The translations under genes and the position numbers were made by a program. 64,000 bases of DNA from Tubiluchus corallicola (taxonomy: Eukaryota > Animalia > Priapulida), in NCBI GenBank assembly GCA_030141605.1, contig JAQGDQ010000975.1, forward strand, positions 10,070-74,069. Reading direction: 5' to 3'. This document shows, piece after piece, positions 47,421-62,719 of the stretch. The first letter of the stretch is position 1; each line of letters begins with the position of its first letter. The notes under the pieces were generated by a model. That model saw only the letters and a list, made by a program, of their open reading frames with translations. It had not been told where the DNA came from and did no database searches.

Positions 47421-50400
47421 CGCGGCAAATGAGAATATTCTTATAATTTATGCGACGTGGCTGCGGACGTTTTAGAAGTACATGGACTACATGCTGCACA
47501 CATAAAGTTTGAGTAAAATGCATTACCAGGGCGCTGTTGATGAACGTTATGAAACAGTTAGCTAGAAGTACAGTAAAATGAATAGACCGTAAGCCTCAAT
47601 TAGAGAATTCTGAGGAGAAATACACTTTACATAAAAGTATAAACATATTCTTGTATTTATTTTCAGTAAGTATTAGCTGCAGCAGTAATAGCAAAGAGGA
47701 GTAATTCATAAACAAAATCAAGAATGTTTGCAATTTAGATAAAAGCAATTTAGCTAAGACTAAATGACGAGTCGACTGCCGAGAAAATTATAAAGTGATT
47801 GAATCAAATTCGAACGTCGAACGTATAAACTGTATCGTGAACTGCCTAAAATATTTTCGGTGTAATTTCATTTGGTTAATTTGAAAAAAGCATCATAATT
47901 ATATAATTTAACTCCCCTGATGACCCTTTTCCTTTGGTGGTAATTTTGTATGTGTGTGCCGTTTGTTGATTGTAAGATTTGCAGTGGTTTGTCTTTTTTG
48001 TTGTTTGTGTGTTGTGTTGTCATTTGAGTTTAATTAGAATTAGATAAGGAATACCAAAATTTTTCTGGCTATCTAATTCTGATAACATAATTAAAATGTT
48101 CCCCTTTTCTGCGCTAAAAAGATCTACAGACTTACATTAAATAATGGATTAGAACTAATGTGGGAAAACAGGTCTCTCATTTTTCATTCATACATTATTT
48201 TTTGCATACGCTTCTATTCTCTCATGAAACTAAAGCTACCTGTTCCTATTGTGGGGCGGTGCCTAATCAATAAATCTTCTTCAGGTGACTGCAGCCGCAT
48301 AAAATGTCATCAGCAAGTCAGCAAAGTTACGAAACTTCCGCGGATGAATGACAATGGGATTCTGGCTAAGAACGGACGGCGTATGGCGCCAGTCACCCGA
48401 ACACATGCGTCCGGGGACTCGTCGGGCATTAACTTCACCTGGGAGACGCATTCACGCTTGCCCCACCCGTGACAAACTCTGCTGACCAAATGCGCAACGT
48501 GAGCACATCCAAAGCACCTGACCATTGTCTGTGTGAAGAGTTGACTGTTGATGTCCATCACCCGGTTGCCCGCCTCTTCGTATTTGGACAAAGCTGCATT
48601 AGTTAGAGATAAGTGATTAGCTGATGAGCACGTTGCGTATTGCCACAAAAGCTAATCTGCCTGCTTGATTCTGATGCGACGCGGTCATGCGGAAGCGACC
48701 TCGACGACAAACTTTCCGCAGTACGGTAATGCGAGACACAACAAGAGATCTGTTCCAAACAAGTATCCAGTTTTCAAAGTCATTCTTTTTATAACTTCTT
48801 TGCACTTTTATTTGACACCTATTTGGCTCTGAATTATCTGTTTGTTACTACTGCATATGCCCTTTTATGGCCTCATATAGGTGCATCGAGTTAATAGTAC
48901 AACAGCATTATCCCTTCGTTACATCAGCGAAGCCAAATGATACAAAGTATAATTTGAGCAGAATTTTTAAATTTGAGTAATTATTTGACTTTTCGCGTGT
49001 CCAACTTTCCACATCTGGCTAAGATAATGTTGTCAACATAATTGATTTAACAGAAAAACAGTTAAGGAATATTGAAAATCACTGTCTGTCAACCACAGGC
49101 TAAAAATTAAAGCCACGTACTTTACTGAGATCTTATTGTCCAATTTGATCCTCTTTGTTCGACGAATCACAATAGGATTTCGGGTAGCTAGAAATTTCGA
49201 ATCAAATCGAAGACTGTAAATGCAGCATTGAAACAAAGGTTTGACGCAGAAAGGGGCGACATGAAAAATTTGTCATACCGACATGGTGTAGAAAACTAGT
49301 GAAACTTCAATATTTCCTTTTTTGCCTTAATAGAAAGAAAATAAAATCTATTGTTATTCTTATAATGTATTGATAACACTTATTCAGTTTGTTTAAATTC
49401 CTGAGGATAGATTTGTTTTAATTGTTTAATTGGTTGATTGTTCAGTTTATGTTGATCATTTCGCAGAGTATTGCTAAAAGTGTATGTGTTTTCTAACATC
49501 AAATCGACATAATATTATATGAAAGCCAGCAAAATCAGTTACTATATTCCTCAGTATACAACCAAAGCTTTAGAAATAACAACTTTAAATTCTAAATCCT
49601 CGAAAATAGCCTCGAATAATTTTAATCCGATGCTACACTAAACCTTTACAGTAAATTTTAGTTTTCCACAACTACAATGTAAAAACTTCACCAGTGCTCA
49701 CCTCACATTAACTACTGAAACTATTCCGAAATGCAATGCAGACAAGACGGACGGAAAAATAAATGCTTTCAGTGAGCTGAAGTTCAACTATTATTTGTAA
49801 AATTTGAAGTTGTAACTTTAAATAATATTGTCAGCTGCTTATATTATAGAGCAAAGCAGTTGCTCAGGAATGGAACGGGTTCATTAGACCTGTTCCTGGT
49901 TAAAACATACAATTTTCTTTAGATTGATTGGGTGATTTATGGGCCTCAATTATTTGATTTCCGTTTTGGGAACATGCGCGTTACCGTATGGTACATCGGG
50001 CAAGCTGTCAAACAAATCCTTGTCGCTTTAAAGCCGGTTGAGTCACCTGCCCAATGCCTAAAGCCCTACAGCATACCTGTGCGCTAGAAATCGTTTGATA
50101 TTGCCGCAGTGAGGGCGCTAAATTTAACTCTTCATTAAACTCGCTTTAAAAGTTTCCGACAAGTGTGTACATATCAACCCAAATAACTCCTTGAAATTCT
50201 ATGATAATTTATTGTGTGTTAAAATAAAAAAATCCATGTTATTCTATTACAACATTGTGCTATAAAAGTCAAGCAAGTGTCGTTTTGCATGTCTAATTTT
50301 AGCAGGAAATGAGCGATAGGTGATTATAATGCATACCCATACATCTTCTACCACTAGCCTAAGGCTATGGTCTCGCATATAGAACATCTGCACATATAGA

Positions 50401-53400
50401 ACATTACTACAAGGATCGTTGTACATTTAATAGTTTAAACATGGTTGTAAATACATAATAAAACACACACAGTTGCATGTTAAGTTATTTTTCGTGTATC
50501 ATTGAATTGCAATAAAATGGTTGATAAATGTTCTTGTTTATGGTTCGTTTGATTACGCTTTAGGTGTTCAACTCTTCAGTAACGTTCGTTTGAAATATCC
50601 TTCTCAAGAGACAGTGGTCCATTTTTAATTACACTAATGAATATGTAGCTGATTACGTAGGTTTATAATTAATAGTTTTTTATTTGTACCTCTTTTGTCG
50701 TTAACAATTCGTACTTACTATAAGCTGCAGACGAGGGCATCTCAAGCTTGGAGACCTATACCATACACTGCTGAATCATTCATATAAGTTAAAATATAAA
50801 TTCAACTTTAAAAAAGGGCAGGAAGTCTAATAATCCAATTTTAAAGCGGCTCCTCATTTGGGATAAAGGGCCCTCTTTGAAGCCCTTTATTGGAAATATG
50901 GGCGCCCAACTATGCAAATATTATTGTGAAATTTATCAAGAAGTAAAAAATGCTCGAGACGAGTGCGAGCAAATTAAAGGGTGGCTCTGTAAAAGTGAGC
51001 CCCAGAATTTCATTTGCCTAGGGACCCCAAAAGGTCATAATCCAGCTCTGGATGCCACAGATAATGTATGTATAGTGACAGCACTGGTGTGACGTGATCC
51101 ATATATGTAATGTCACAGTACACTGCACTGACGAATGTGGGGTGATGTGACACATCGAGAAAAAATGGTGTGCACGTATGATCACATTAACGTGATGTAG
51201 TAAGAGACTACGATACCACGAGGTGCCACACGATCGAGTGAAATGGGGACCTGCTGTGTTGATTTGGGTTGTTGTGCTCTGGCACGATTTGGGGCTTATG
51301 TGCTGCTTACACCTCTGGTACTCCACAGAGGAATTCTATGAGTTACTAAGCTGGAAGTGTCGCATACCAGCTAAAAAGCAGAAAAGCAGCAAAATTCAGA
51401 ATAGAAGCTATGAAACTACGAAATTTACGCCTCAAATGTCATGTTTATAAACAGTTTTCACAAAGCTTTAATGGTAATCTAAAGAAACAGACGATACTGA
51501 TTGTTTGGCTTCACCAATGACAGTTACCAAAGTCCGAATTAAGGTTGCTTCATACTGTGCGTGATACTGGTGCAACAGCTGCAGAGTGTGAACAAATTAG
51601 CGCAAAAAAATGGAATGACAGTAATTGCATGCTATGTTTAGAACCCTGCAAATTTTTCCAAGAATAATTTAAATTTTGTGTTACTTTAAAGTGACTTAAA
51701 AATTATCTTAATCCATGCAGATATAACTGGATTATAGAATAACGTGCACTTTTAACTGATAGTCGGCCGTAGAACAGGTTTAGAATTACATTTTGAATTT
51801 AAGCGATTTTTCATAATTTCATTATTTACTAAGTGAGTATATTTACAAGAGCACAATGTTATAGCACATTTAATATCAAATGCAAAATACATATGCAAAG
51901 TAGTACAACAGCTTATAAAGCATAAAACAACATCAAAAGCATAAATCTAACTATACATGCAATGCAACACTTTACCTATAAAACACACAACGAACTTAAC
52001 AATTTCAAATGTAAATATTTATAGATTCTTTCTAGTTAGGAAATATAAAATTACAAGCAATGAACAATATTTCTTGAACCTCGCTTCTTGCCATAAACAA
52101 TCACAATTAATCATAGTTGAAAGTTAATTCTTGAAAGTCGAAGCTATGTTCACGTACGCCCTACCACTGCAAGAACTATACAAAAAATAGCGATTATTGC
52201 ACGCGAACAAGGCCTACGCTTATCGTAACCCACATCAAAAGCGCAGCTTAGAGACCCGTAATCGACGAAAAAAACCGAAACTACGACTATCACAACAATA
52301 ATTAATATGCAAATACGCGATGGACGTAATTTTTGAAGTTCCAGGCAAGGATAACGATAACAACAGCCAGAATAAAAGATTCACGCTAACAATTACGATC
52401 TATTTTTTACCATTTTCTTTACTCATGCATGAATAAGTTCTTTTATAGATAGTGCAGCGCATCTCGTACAAAAAGCCTGTAATTATTTTCCCCCAAACCA
52501 CTTCGAGCGTTGAGTGCTGTCTAATTGACTATTCATTATAATTTTGACAAATTATCGTTATTAAATAAGCACGTGCCGCTTGCATCATTATATAAAGAAC
52601 GATAGAAGCGTGTGCTTACAATATATTGTTCGAGTAACCGCATTGCCGCATATATGAGATTAAGGCAACTATAATAATAATCTGTATCAAACAAACAAAA
52701 GATGGTATAGGTAATGTAGTAAATGCGGCGGGAGTTGTCAGGGCTGCACGTGTACGTTGTTGACTGGGATGTTTTATGACTTTGAGGTACCTTATCCGGT
52801 CCGTAAAGGTGTTAAGATACAGGTGCAGGTTTGTTAACGCATTTATTTACATGGAAAAAATACGAATAAAATTGCTCAAGCGCGTTTTATTACATTGGTA
52901 AAGCCTAAGCTTTACAGAATTTGCTCTAAAAGATTGTTTCACTGTATGTTTGAAAAAGGACTTCTTGTTTAAAAAAAACTTGGTCTGACATAGTTGGAAT
53001 TAAATGACAAAGTAGAAATTGCTTGTGATCCAACTAGTATTGATCAACATTGATTTGTTTTAATCATTGATTTATTATGTAGATAACTACTTCATAAGAT
53101 TACAGATTATCAATTTTTGATTTTGTAATGGAATTAAATGGAATTTAACTCGATGATAACATTTTTTAGTTATTGAGCTGCAACAAAAGAGAATTAATTA
53201 ATCTAATGGTTTAGTCAAACTACTAATTAATAGGAGGAAAGCTCTGAAAAAGTGTGAGCTCCGATTCGAACCCATGGCCCAAAATCAATTCTAGGATTTC
53301 AACCAGAATCGAATTATTGATTTTATTCGCTCATTCCAACCTTTTTGCATCAATACTTCGTTAATTTTTTGTCGTTCACGTTCTCTTGTTCTGACTATTC

Positions 53401-55108
53401 CTTGTTAATGAAATCACCGTACTGCTTTTTATGCTGACTGTTATATTTCTTTATATTTGAATTTGAAATACAAATCTAATCATTTTTTCAACGCGTTGCG
53501 GAATGGAAACATCTATTCATCAGTTGAAAGTCTATAATAACGGAACATAAAATACTAAATTAGGAAGTCTGAAAATTTTTGCACGCCCACTGAACTCGAA
53601 CCCAAGAACCTCTGCTTTCCGCGAAACTAGAAGTAGTGCACAGAAGTAGGCCTTCTCTCACCTTTCAGATTGAAAAATTTGCATTGTAAGCCTCTAGAGG
53701 TCTATCAAACTAAGTTTAAGATAATTGAAGCAGATTGCAAAATAGGTGAAAAACATCTAACGAAACCTAGCAAACACATAGCATTAGAAAACAAATTTCT
53801 AACCGTATAACATTTATTTTAAAATTAATTATAATACGTATTCCGAAACGTATTGAAACATCTAACCTGTGGAAAATGACAACATTTTTGATGAAACGCA
53901 ATTTAGAATCGTAATAATGCAGAAGTAAATGGCATTTTTTCTGGCATTTTAAACAAAATAGAAAGTACAATTGTAATTTTTATTTGTTGGTAATAGCTAT
54001 AGTAGTGTCAATTGTCTGTTAATGTCTACTCCATAACAAATTGATGCTTAGTTTTGTCAAGCAATCTTTGCCGAGAAAGCACAACGTATAGGCCAACTGG
54101 TGGGGGTACGAAAAGCAATTTTTTGTAAACCGCAGGCATCGTCTTCGTCATTATTATCGTTAAATTGTGTGATAGTATTCAACAGTTTGGGCTTTTTTGG
54201 ACGGTTTTTAAAGCGTTGGTGTGTCCATTATCTATTTTTTCCTTTGTCTGCTTTCTCGTTTTGTTATTTAATTAATTAAATATATGAATATGGTTCACCC
54301 ACGTGATGAGAATCGGGTGTATGGGAAAGAATATAACATTTCAAAAACAAGGCGTTGCTTTGAGTAGGTAAGAAGAGTTTGCTTTCACCTGAGAAAGTTA
54401 AAGCTAGCAATTGCAGATGAAAGAGTAAAAGCAATGGCGTTTTATTTCATCGAATATTCGACGCTCTACGAAAGCGGAGACGGTTTTGCTAAAACGAAAG
54501 CCTATAATTTAGCAAGCACAGCATCTGCAAGTCAAGTCTGCAACGACAAAACTATCCTTACATGAACAACATGGAGGGCGTACACCTCTGCTCAAACTCC
54601 TCAAAAATAATTTTATACGCTAACGTAGCCTAAGCTGTGCTTTTGTGCTGCTGCATGCAGTACATTGTCAGACTTTAGGTGAACAAATGTACAATAAAAG
54701 CAACACAAAACACAGGGCAGAATTGAGCAGGTAAAATGGTACTCGCGGAGAGACTGGTAAAGGCAGTAAGAGGCATCAGGGCGACTAGCCCACCACTTTG
54801 ATAATCCCCTCCTGTGGATTTTTCCCTTTATTAACGGGTCCATTTGTATTGTGTTGGTGTAGACGTCTGGTAATCTGATTCGGAAAATGATCCGTTTAAA
54901 GCTGAATCTTTCCTGCTTAGAAAAAGAAGCAATAAATGCAAAGTGATTTGTGTTAAGCAAGAATGCACATTCAGTAAACGAAGAAAGGGTAAGATTTAGA
55001 ATTGATTCGATCCTTTATTACAAACTTGAGTTCATAACACACTACCCAATACTGGTATTGCAAAAATAAATCGCATTATATTTGCAGCATTACTAGCATT
55101 AGAGATTT

Positions 55109-55309
55109 GGAAGGAGTTTACAATTCCCACACAATATAAATAACACTAGCCGTAGCCCTAACTCTAACGCTAACCCTAATCCAACCCTAACCCTAACCCA
55201 ATATCTAACCTTAACCCTAACCCTAACCCGAATCCTACCCCCAATCCTAATCCGTTTCACGAACTAATTTTTTGTGTGTGGGAAATTACGCCAATTGTAA
55301 ACTTTAGCC
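55109..55309 (-). mobile_element. MITE with internal (CCCTAA)n-like tract, copy 2
   Basis: GGAAGGAGTTTACAATT ... AATTGTAAACTTTAGCC, with a perfect 8-bp TSD AGAGATTT (55101-55108 and 55310-55317). Confidence 0.8.
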
Positions 55310-58300
55310 AGAGATTTCAAAGTTATTGGATCAATTTCAAGCCAAATTTGGTCAGTTGTCGTTGTTGTAGACACAATCAGAAATTGCTGAATATGCCGTC
55401 TGTTTTATTGAATGTTCCTCAGCAATACGTCCAAGCTGTTTACGACAGAGTCTTGTCAGCATATTTTACCAGTGTGATCTAATCTAAACATGTGAAGCTT
55501 GCTTCACTTTCTAATATTTGTTGATATATGAAGTTTTGTCTGCGTCCGCTCTGGACAACTGTAAATGCAATTTCTGCAAGTCATATTAAGCTATTGTATA
55601 TCGAAATAAACGTTCAAGACATAAGCAAGATAATGATTAAAGTATCTGTAAGGATCTATAAAGTGCAATCCCAGTTTTAGGATTAGGTATTGTTTGACAG
55701 AGTGAGATGAGAGGAATATTGACATTTAGAAAGAAGTCATGTAGTCAGTGAAATTTACAAGGAAGCTGCTAGACTAAATGTTGTAATATTTATACTGAAT
55801 CAATTAAATACATCTTAAAACCGAAAAACTAAACACGTGTTCAAAAAAGTTTTGTTTTTAAAAGCTTTACTGATGTGTATAAAATAATAATTGAATCATT
55901 TTTGTCAGTCTCAACCACCTGCTGTCAAAATCCAGAGAAAATATGAAGTGCCAAATTTTCCAGAAAATTGATCTTAGACTTTCCTAAGTTCTCCTCGTCT
56001 TACTTTATGTTTCTTGCTTCGCTTAAGAAAAAATATAAATCAGTAAATATAATTTGCTTTTCCCTGATCATTTTTGAGATTAGAAGAAATCAGAAAACTT
56101 TACGATTAGCATATGTTAGTACGTAGCATCTTTGTATCCATTTGCTATCCCATCAAGGCGCTCGTCCAGGAAGACATACTTTGTAGAGGAAATGGGACAA
56201 AGTATGGGAAAATTTGCTATTTTCCTTTTACGGTTTCACCTAATATTATGGAAATAAACTTCAGCATGTAATTTTTTTATAGGAAATGCAGTAGCCACAA
56301 TAGTGAGAATGCCTAGAATATAGCTAATAAACTTGCATGTGTTTTGAACACTGAGCACGTGACATCATCACAGTACTCGCTTTTCGTGCATAATACTGCA
56401 ATACGAACTGCGAGATTTCACGTATGAGAGTCAGGAAAGAATATAAGTCACCAATAAGCAGTTCTCCTTGCTGCTAGGAGAAACGTATAATTATGCAAGT
56501 TGCAGTGTAGGATTGTGAGGCTAATTAGGCTAGCTGTGGGATGAAGAGAGAGATGTCTCATATAACTCTATTCACGTCAGCAGTTTTCAAAAGTAGAAGT
56601 GAAGCCAAAAGAATAAGACTGAAATTTGCTGTAAGAAAGGAAATTTGAAACTTGCGAATTGAACATTAGGGAATGCAAGCCTTGTCAGCAGTTTTAAATT
56701 ACAGTGTATATATTGGCTGAAAACTACAAAGCTACAACTGTTTAAAGTTCACTGGCAAATAATTATAAGAAACTGAAAAATAAGTTCGCACTTTTGATTG
56801 ATTGATTGCTTACGTAAGCCACAGCATTACTGAAAATTAATTTATGAAGTTTACAAAATAAAGTAAAAACAAGATTCGTGGCACCATTCAATAATTCAGT
56901 GTAGGACTGGACCAGACAACAAAACGGGGCATGATAAAACGGGGCAATGATTTATTTGTAAAATGAAGTAATAATGTTGATTAATTTACCTTGATGTCTT
57001 TTAGTTTAAGAAACTTATTTCCAGAAGGGGCCCTAAGTGCTTCCTGCAGGATTTGTTAATAATAAAGAAAACAAATATTTTGAACACAGCTCGCATTACA
57101 CCGTCCAATATACAACGTAAATTAAAGCATGTCTATGATATTATGGCAAGTTACGAAAATGTATATATACACAAATTAATATGTATAACAGATGTAACAA
57201 ATTAGGTGTAATATTAGAAAACAGTATTAAAATGCGCGTAATTTGCAATCAAAATGAAAATGAAATTCTTCGTTTTTCTGGTTTTTAGTGCAAAGAGACA
57301 TGCAAGGAACTTTTTGAAGACAATGGCATTGAAACATTATTATCTAAGCGCTGCAGCAGCTAATAATTTTTTGACTTGCTTCAAGTATGCAATTTGAGGA
57401 ATTGCACAGAACCTCCTCACAGCCGACGTCTATATAGCGTCTATCTCCATCTTTTTCAAGTGGTTGAAAAGCATATTCTTTCACCACATGAGACACGGGC
57501 AATTAAACTGTATGAAGCAACATTGTTGCTGGAAACGAATCGACTCAGGTGACAGGATTTGCATGAGAATAATGGAGCATCGGTTATGATGAGCACATTA
57601 GTTTGTGGCGGCGTCAGCGGAACTAGCGAGTTAATGGTTACAAAGTAAATATCGGTCAGGTGAAACCACCTGGGACCATTATGAAACCAGTGTGACATTG
57701 AGACCCGCGATAATAAATCCACGGTGATTTATAAAGGTATAAACAAAGCAGCTCGTGCTGGATAACTCAATAAAAACATCTGTGGTTACAAACTATAACC
57801 GTAGACTTGTCGAATTCACAAACAGTTGAGTGAGACAAAACTCTACATTTGAATTGTGAAAATGAAATGTTTACGTTCATGAATGTCAAGTGTTAAAGTT
57901 CAGTTCAATTCACACTTTTATTCAGACTTAAAGTTCATATTAAGAAGTCACATAAAAACTACATAAAATATTAACAAAACTGTATATTAAAAGAAAAGAC
58001 ATATACTACTATAATTATTGAAATTACAAAACACGCAAAGCATACATGCACGTGTGAAAATATATAAATCGCTTATACCTATATCCTAATAACATAGAAT
58101 GCTATTGCTATTGCCAAATAGGACGTAATTGGTATTAAATAGTAAGTTTGTACATAATTAAATAATAAGTATTACATTCCTGTTAGTTTTCTTGTTAATA
58201 ATTACAGTGTTAGCAGAACATAGCTACATATATTTTCCAAAAATATATATGTTTTTCCACTACAGTTCGGAATTTGTTCAGAAACTACCTGTAACGTACG

Positions 58301-59474
58301 AGTACCTGTTGAATGGATGGAATTCTGGAACTTCACATATTTTTATTTTTTTTGTGTCACGCGTAGTAAATATTCTAATAAGCTGAGCAATTATTTCCCT
58401 TTCCTTTAAAAAATTTCCTTACTGAAATTGTTGATGAATTTAAAAAATAAGGATGTTGTTTAAAATATCTTTAAGAGTTTACTTTGGCACAAAAAGCGTA
58501 CTTATAAATAACCGCAGAAATTCAAATTTTTTTCTGAATTTTCGGTAACGAAAACTGCAAATTCGTAGAAAATATTAATTTAGTTCACCCGTAGCGAATT
58601 GCATAACCATTACTGTACCATACAATATTTACCATTGTATTTTATATGCACACTGTGTGTTTGATTTACCCACAACAAACAATTGTTTTGCAAGCTGGTA
58701 TATACATAGTAGCTTTTATTTTTGGAACCTAGCTCCGCAAGACGTCAGTCAAGTGTCCATTATGTGACACGAGATTCGACTCGACTCTTCGCTGGGCGAA
58801 CACGCGCGTGAAGATTTTCATTGCATACTCAGCTTGAATCATAGCACGCGCGTGCGTTGCAAGGCTTCATCAATGGTTTCAGGAAGCTCATGCGAATGAA
58901 TGTGAATGCGGCTTTGTGTCAAATAGCTTTCCACTCTGAATGTGAACAGTCCATTGTTCGTACTTATTTCTCCAGATAATAGCTCTTCTAATAATTGTTA
59001 CAGCTCTTACGCCGAAATATGAAGATAATTGCAGACGTGTAGAGTGGTGTTAAACGTTGATGTCAGCAGCCAAAGGCAGCAATTTTAGCTAGCAAAACTC
59101 TCAGAATATTCGTGTGTTAGATTAACACTACAACACTAACACAGCTTTAGTTATGGGTAAGTAAAAGCCGTTAATGAGGAAAGCTACCTACGACTTGATT
59201 AATAAATAACGCGTTTTTATACTCGCGACGTAAGTCACGCCCAGTCATTATAGTAGAGGGAATGAGTGGTAAAATGCAGTAGAATAAAAACGAACCAGTT
59301 TCACCACATGTGTATTAACGTACGAGATTCGTACGAGACACGGCCAATGTGAGTTAACTGTGAAAGTTGTGAAAGCTAAGGGAAAAAACTAGCATTAGCA
59401 GAAAAACAAAAAAAGAAACGAAAGAAAATAAGTAAGGAAGAAAGAAACGAAAGCAGAAGGAAAGAATGAAAAGA

Positions 59475-59477
<3 letters not shown>

Positions 59478-59568
<91 letters not shown>
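59478..59568. repeat. (TA)n microsatellite abutting the LINE 3' end
   Basis: Perfect TA run. Confidence 0.97.
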
Positions 59569-59571
<3 letters not shown>

Positions 59572-61122
59572 TCTTTATTTGTCATTAAAAATGGCTCACT
59601 CATTATAATAAAATTGAGTAATCCTCAGCGTAATGTTAAAATAACAACACTGTTCAAGACAAATGCGTCCAGTGCATACTAAAAAAAACTAAAGTGCAAA
59701 ACTAAGGCCTAATTATATACAATAAATGAACATATTTACAAACACAATATTAAAATATTTTTACAAAACAATATTACAAAAAAACATTAAATTTTACAAG
59801 ACATATTTTACACTATATATACATTTAGCATGACACAATTAACAAAAACTGACATAACACGTATTACATTACATATTTTTTTTAAATTTTACATTTTTAA
59901 TCGTTTTATGGAGTTAGGGGCGGGGGTAGATGAAAATTGAGTCTGTGTAATTAGTATCAGATGCACAATGTGGAAGTTGAAACCTGTTATATTGATGTTC
60001 TTTTAATTTCTTTTTAAAGTGGTGGAAAGATTCTATTAGTTTTATTTCACTGGGTAGTAAGTTCCATAGATGTGTGGCCTGTTTTGATATAGAGTTATTT
60101 CCAAATTTATTGTTTACTGTAATTTGCTTTAAATTGTGTGTTCTATTGTTTAAAGTGGTATCAGGAATGAATGCTAAGGGATTGCTTATAAATGGAATGC
60201 TCAGTTTGTTGATATATTTATAAAGAAATATCAGTGTTTTGTAATCTCGATAGGCTTCTAATATTGGTATTTTTGTGGACGTTCTTAAGCTTGTTGCAGA
60301 TGCAGCATGCTGTTTAGCAGTTTTGTTAGAATAGCCATGAATTAATCTAAGTGCGTTGTTTTGCATTGTATTTAGTTTTCTAGTTTTCATTTCTGACGTT
60401 TTGAAGTAAAGTGCAACCATAGAGATAATGTGGTAATATTAGACTTTTGTAGATGAGAATTTTTGTTTTCTTGGTCAGATGGCCTCTGGTTTGGCGTAAA
60501 AATGCCGTGCTTAATGCCATCTTGTTGTGTATTTGTTGAAACTGTTCATCCCAAGTGAGTTTATTATCGACAGTAATGCCTAAAAAATTTACATTTTTTG
60601 CTTGTTCTATGGAACAGTCACCTACTTTTAGTGTTGCATTAGAAGAAGTAATTTGATTTGGGTGATATTACCATAAATTCTGTCTTATCATCATTCATTT
60701 TTAAACCAAAATAGTTAAATGCTGCATTTATATTTGTTATGTCTTTTTCTAGATTATTTTTTGATGTTAGAAAGTCTGCGTGTGCTGTATAGATAGTTGT
60801 ATCATCGGCATATTGTGTTAAGTCTGAATTATGTAAAACTAAATGAATTTTAGTAACATATAAACAAAAGAGTAAAGGACCTAATATCGTACCTTGCGGG
60901 ATGCCTCTCTGTGGTGTGTCCCATGTTGAAAAAGTGTGTTTGTTCAGCTTGACTCTTTGTTTTCTATTGTGTAGGAAATTATGAATTAGTTTCAGAGAAG
61001 TATAATCGAATCCTAGTTGGCGTAAGTTGTCTAGTAGTAAATTGTGATCGAGGCTGTCAAAAGCTTTACTTAGATCTAAAAATGCTGCTGTTATATATTT
61101 GTTTTTATTTAAGTTGTAACGC
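59569..61122 (-). mobile_element. 5'-truncated, frameshifted non-LTR retrotransposon (CR1/L2-group LINE) RT fragment
   Basis: RT motifs are FLDLSKAFDSLDH, GIPQGTILGPLLF and YADDT, followed after a frameshift near 60640 by NVNFLGITVDNKLTW. The C-terminus reads QNNALRLI..LWNLLPSEIK..FKKKLK. The 3' UTR ends in AATAAA (59579-59574) and (TA)n. Confidence 0.9.
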
Positions 61123-62009
61123 AAGTTGTAACATAAAAAGAAAAAGAAAAAACAAGCGGAAAAACAACTACAAATAAGTAAAACGAAATTATTGAAGTAA
61201 GCATTAGAAATTTGTTTGTCTGAAATGATTCGTGCATGAGCAGTGCAGACATCTGACGGACACAGTCGACAAAATCTGTCAGTGTTATTACCCTCATTCA
61301 TTACCATCTTATTTTTAAACAAAATAAATGGGGCAGTATACGAGTAGGCATGTGTGCTTATTTATAAGCAAAAGTTGCAAAGTATTTATGCAACGTTTGT
61401 ATTTGTGAATTTAGCGAGTGACACGCCTGCTCAGTGCCCTGTATCTCTAATAATGCCTTTTAAGTTACTCAAGACTCTTGACCCGCTGTTACATGCCTAT
61501 GCGAAAACGTCATAGATTTTCACATCAACGATGCGCTTTTCTTAAATAATGTTTGATGCCAAAGAAAATTTGCATAGTGCTGTTTATCCAATTCCAAGAA
61601 CTAGAAATAGGCTAAGTTTTATTAAAACAATTCAATCAAGTCAAATGTTCGTCTTGTAGTTAAATTCATTACTGTCATTCGAAACAACAATTGGGGTTCC
61701 TTTGCTTCCTCTGCTAGACATAACGTAGTGTTTTATCATAATTTAACTGTACCTGTTAAATTCTCTTTAAATCTTTAAAATCCGTCGCTTATGTCTTATA
61801 TCTTTGCTTCTGACTGTGTTGCAGTCTTTCACAATTTCCCGAATCTTTAGAAGCAAGTTCATTAATTAATTCTAGCTGTGCCACGCTTTAGTTACATATT
61901 TATTTAGTTGATCTATATTATTTTAAATTTCTACTTTTTCTGAAAAAACTTTGGGTGAAAACAACAAGTAACGTGAGTAAGTAAAACGCTGCATTGAACG
62001 TACTGAGTG

Positions 62010-62719
62010 TCAATGATAAAAAGCTAGCGTAGTGATGCACCACCCCGCGATGACACAAGAACTTTTTATTTTCTCTCCAGATTGACAGAAGGTTTCCCTT
62101 GTGTCAGACAGAGATACTGGGTATACAGTGAATTCTTGCTTTCTAATAGTTTGTTTTATATCGCCACTTTTTGATTTGGACTGTGCAACAATCAGACATC
62201 TGGCAAAGAGAGCGCATTCTTTCTTGATCTCTTCAATCTGGGAGATTGCTTTGTTAGAATAATATTGCCATATAACAAGCTCCATTTTTCTCGTTGGAGA
62301 GCCAGAGGTCACTGTTCCTTTAAGGGATCTCTCCTTTGCAAATCTCTGGCAAGCCTCTTCTGCAAGGATTGTTAAACGGCAACGGTCGCTCACGACATGA
62401 CAGTTTGACTGATAAGGCCGGTAAGATCCATTCCTTTAACTGCAAATGGGTAGTTGACAGACTGGAACACCGTCTTCAGCTTCATATTTTGTTTCTCTGG
62501 CCTGTCTTGGCGGCTTGTTGACACTTCGTGGTGGTGATTCTCAAAACTTTCTAAAGTCCATCCATGATTCTTCTGCAAGACAGGAAGTTCTGGGGCGGTG
62601 ATGAACAACCATGTCCTGTTTCTTTCGTTTAGTGTGATGCCAGTCGGTCTACCATTCACTTTCGTCCAGCGATTCTTGTGTTCACCGCCAAGGCACCGTC
62701 CAAAGCCATAGAAGGACAT
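62010..62719 (-). pseudogene. Degraded DNA-transposon ORF, resembling Academ-type transposases
   Basis: Frameshifted collinear motifs KVNGRPTGITLNERNRTWLFITAPEL, HHHE, NYPF, FAKER and LFARCLIVAQS..EFTVYPVSL resemble the remembered GGxxGLTxN..RW..PE / HHE / NPF / FVxER / LFxR..SR..E..YPPSL pattern. The superfamily call is from memory. Confidence 0.5.

Noticed and set aside
61123-61322. N-terminal part of the 227-aa RT ORF
   Set aside because: It is flanking low-complexity DNA read in frame by chance beyond the LINE truncation point.
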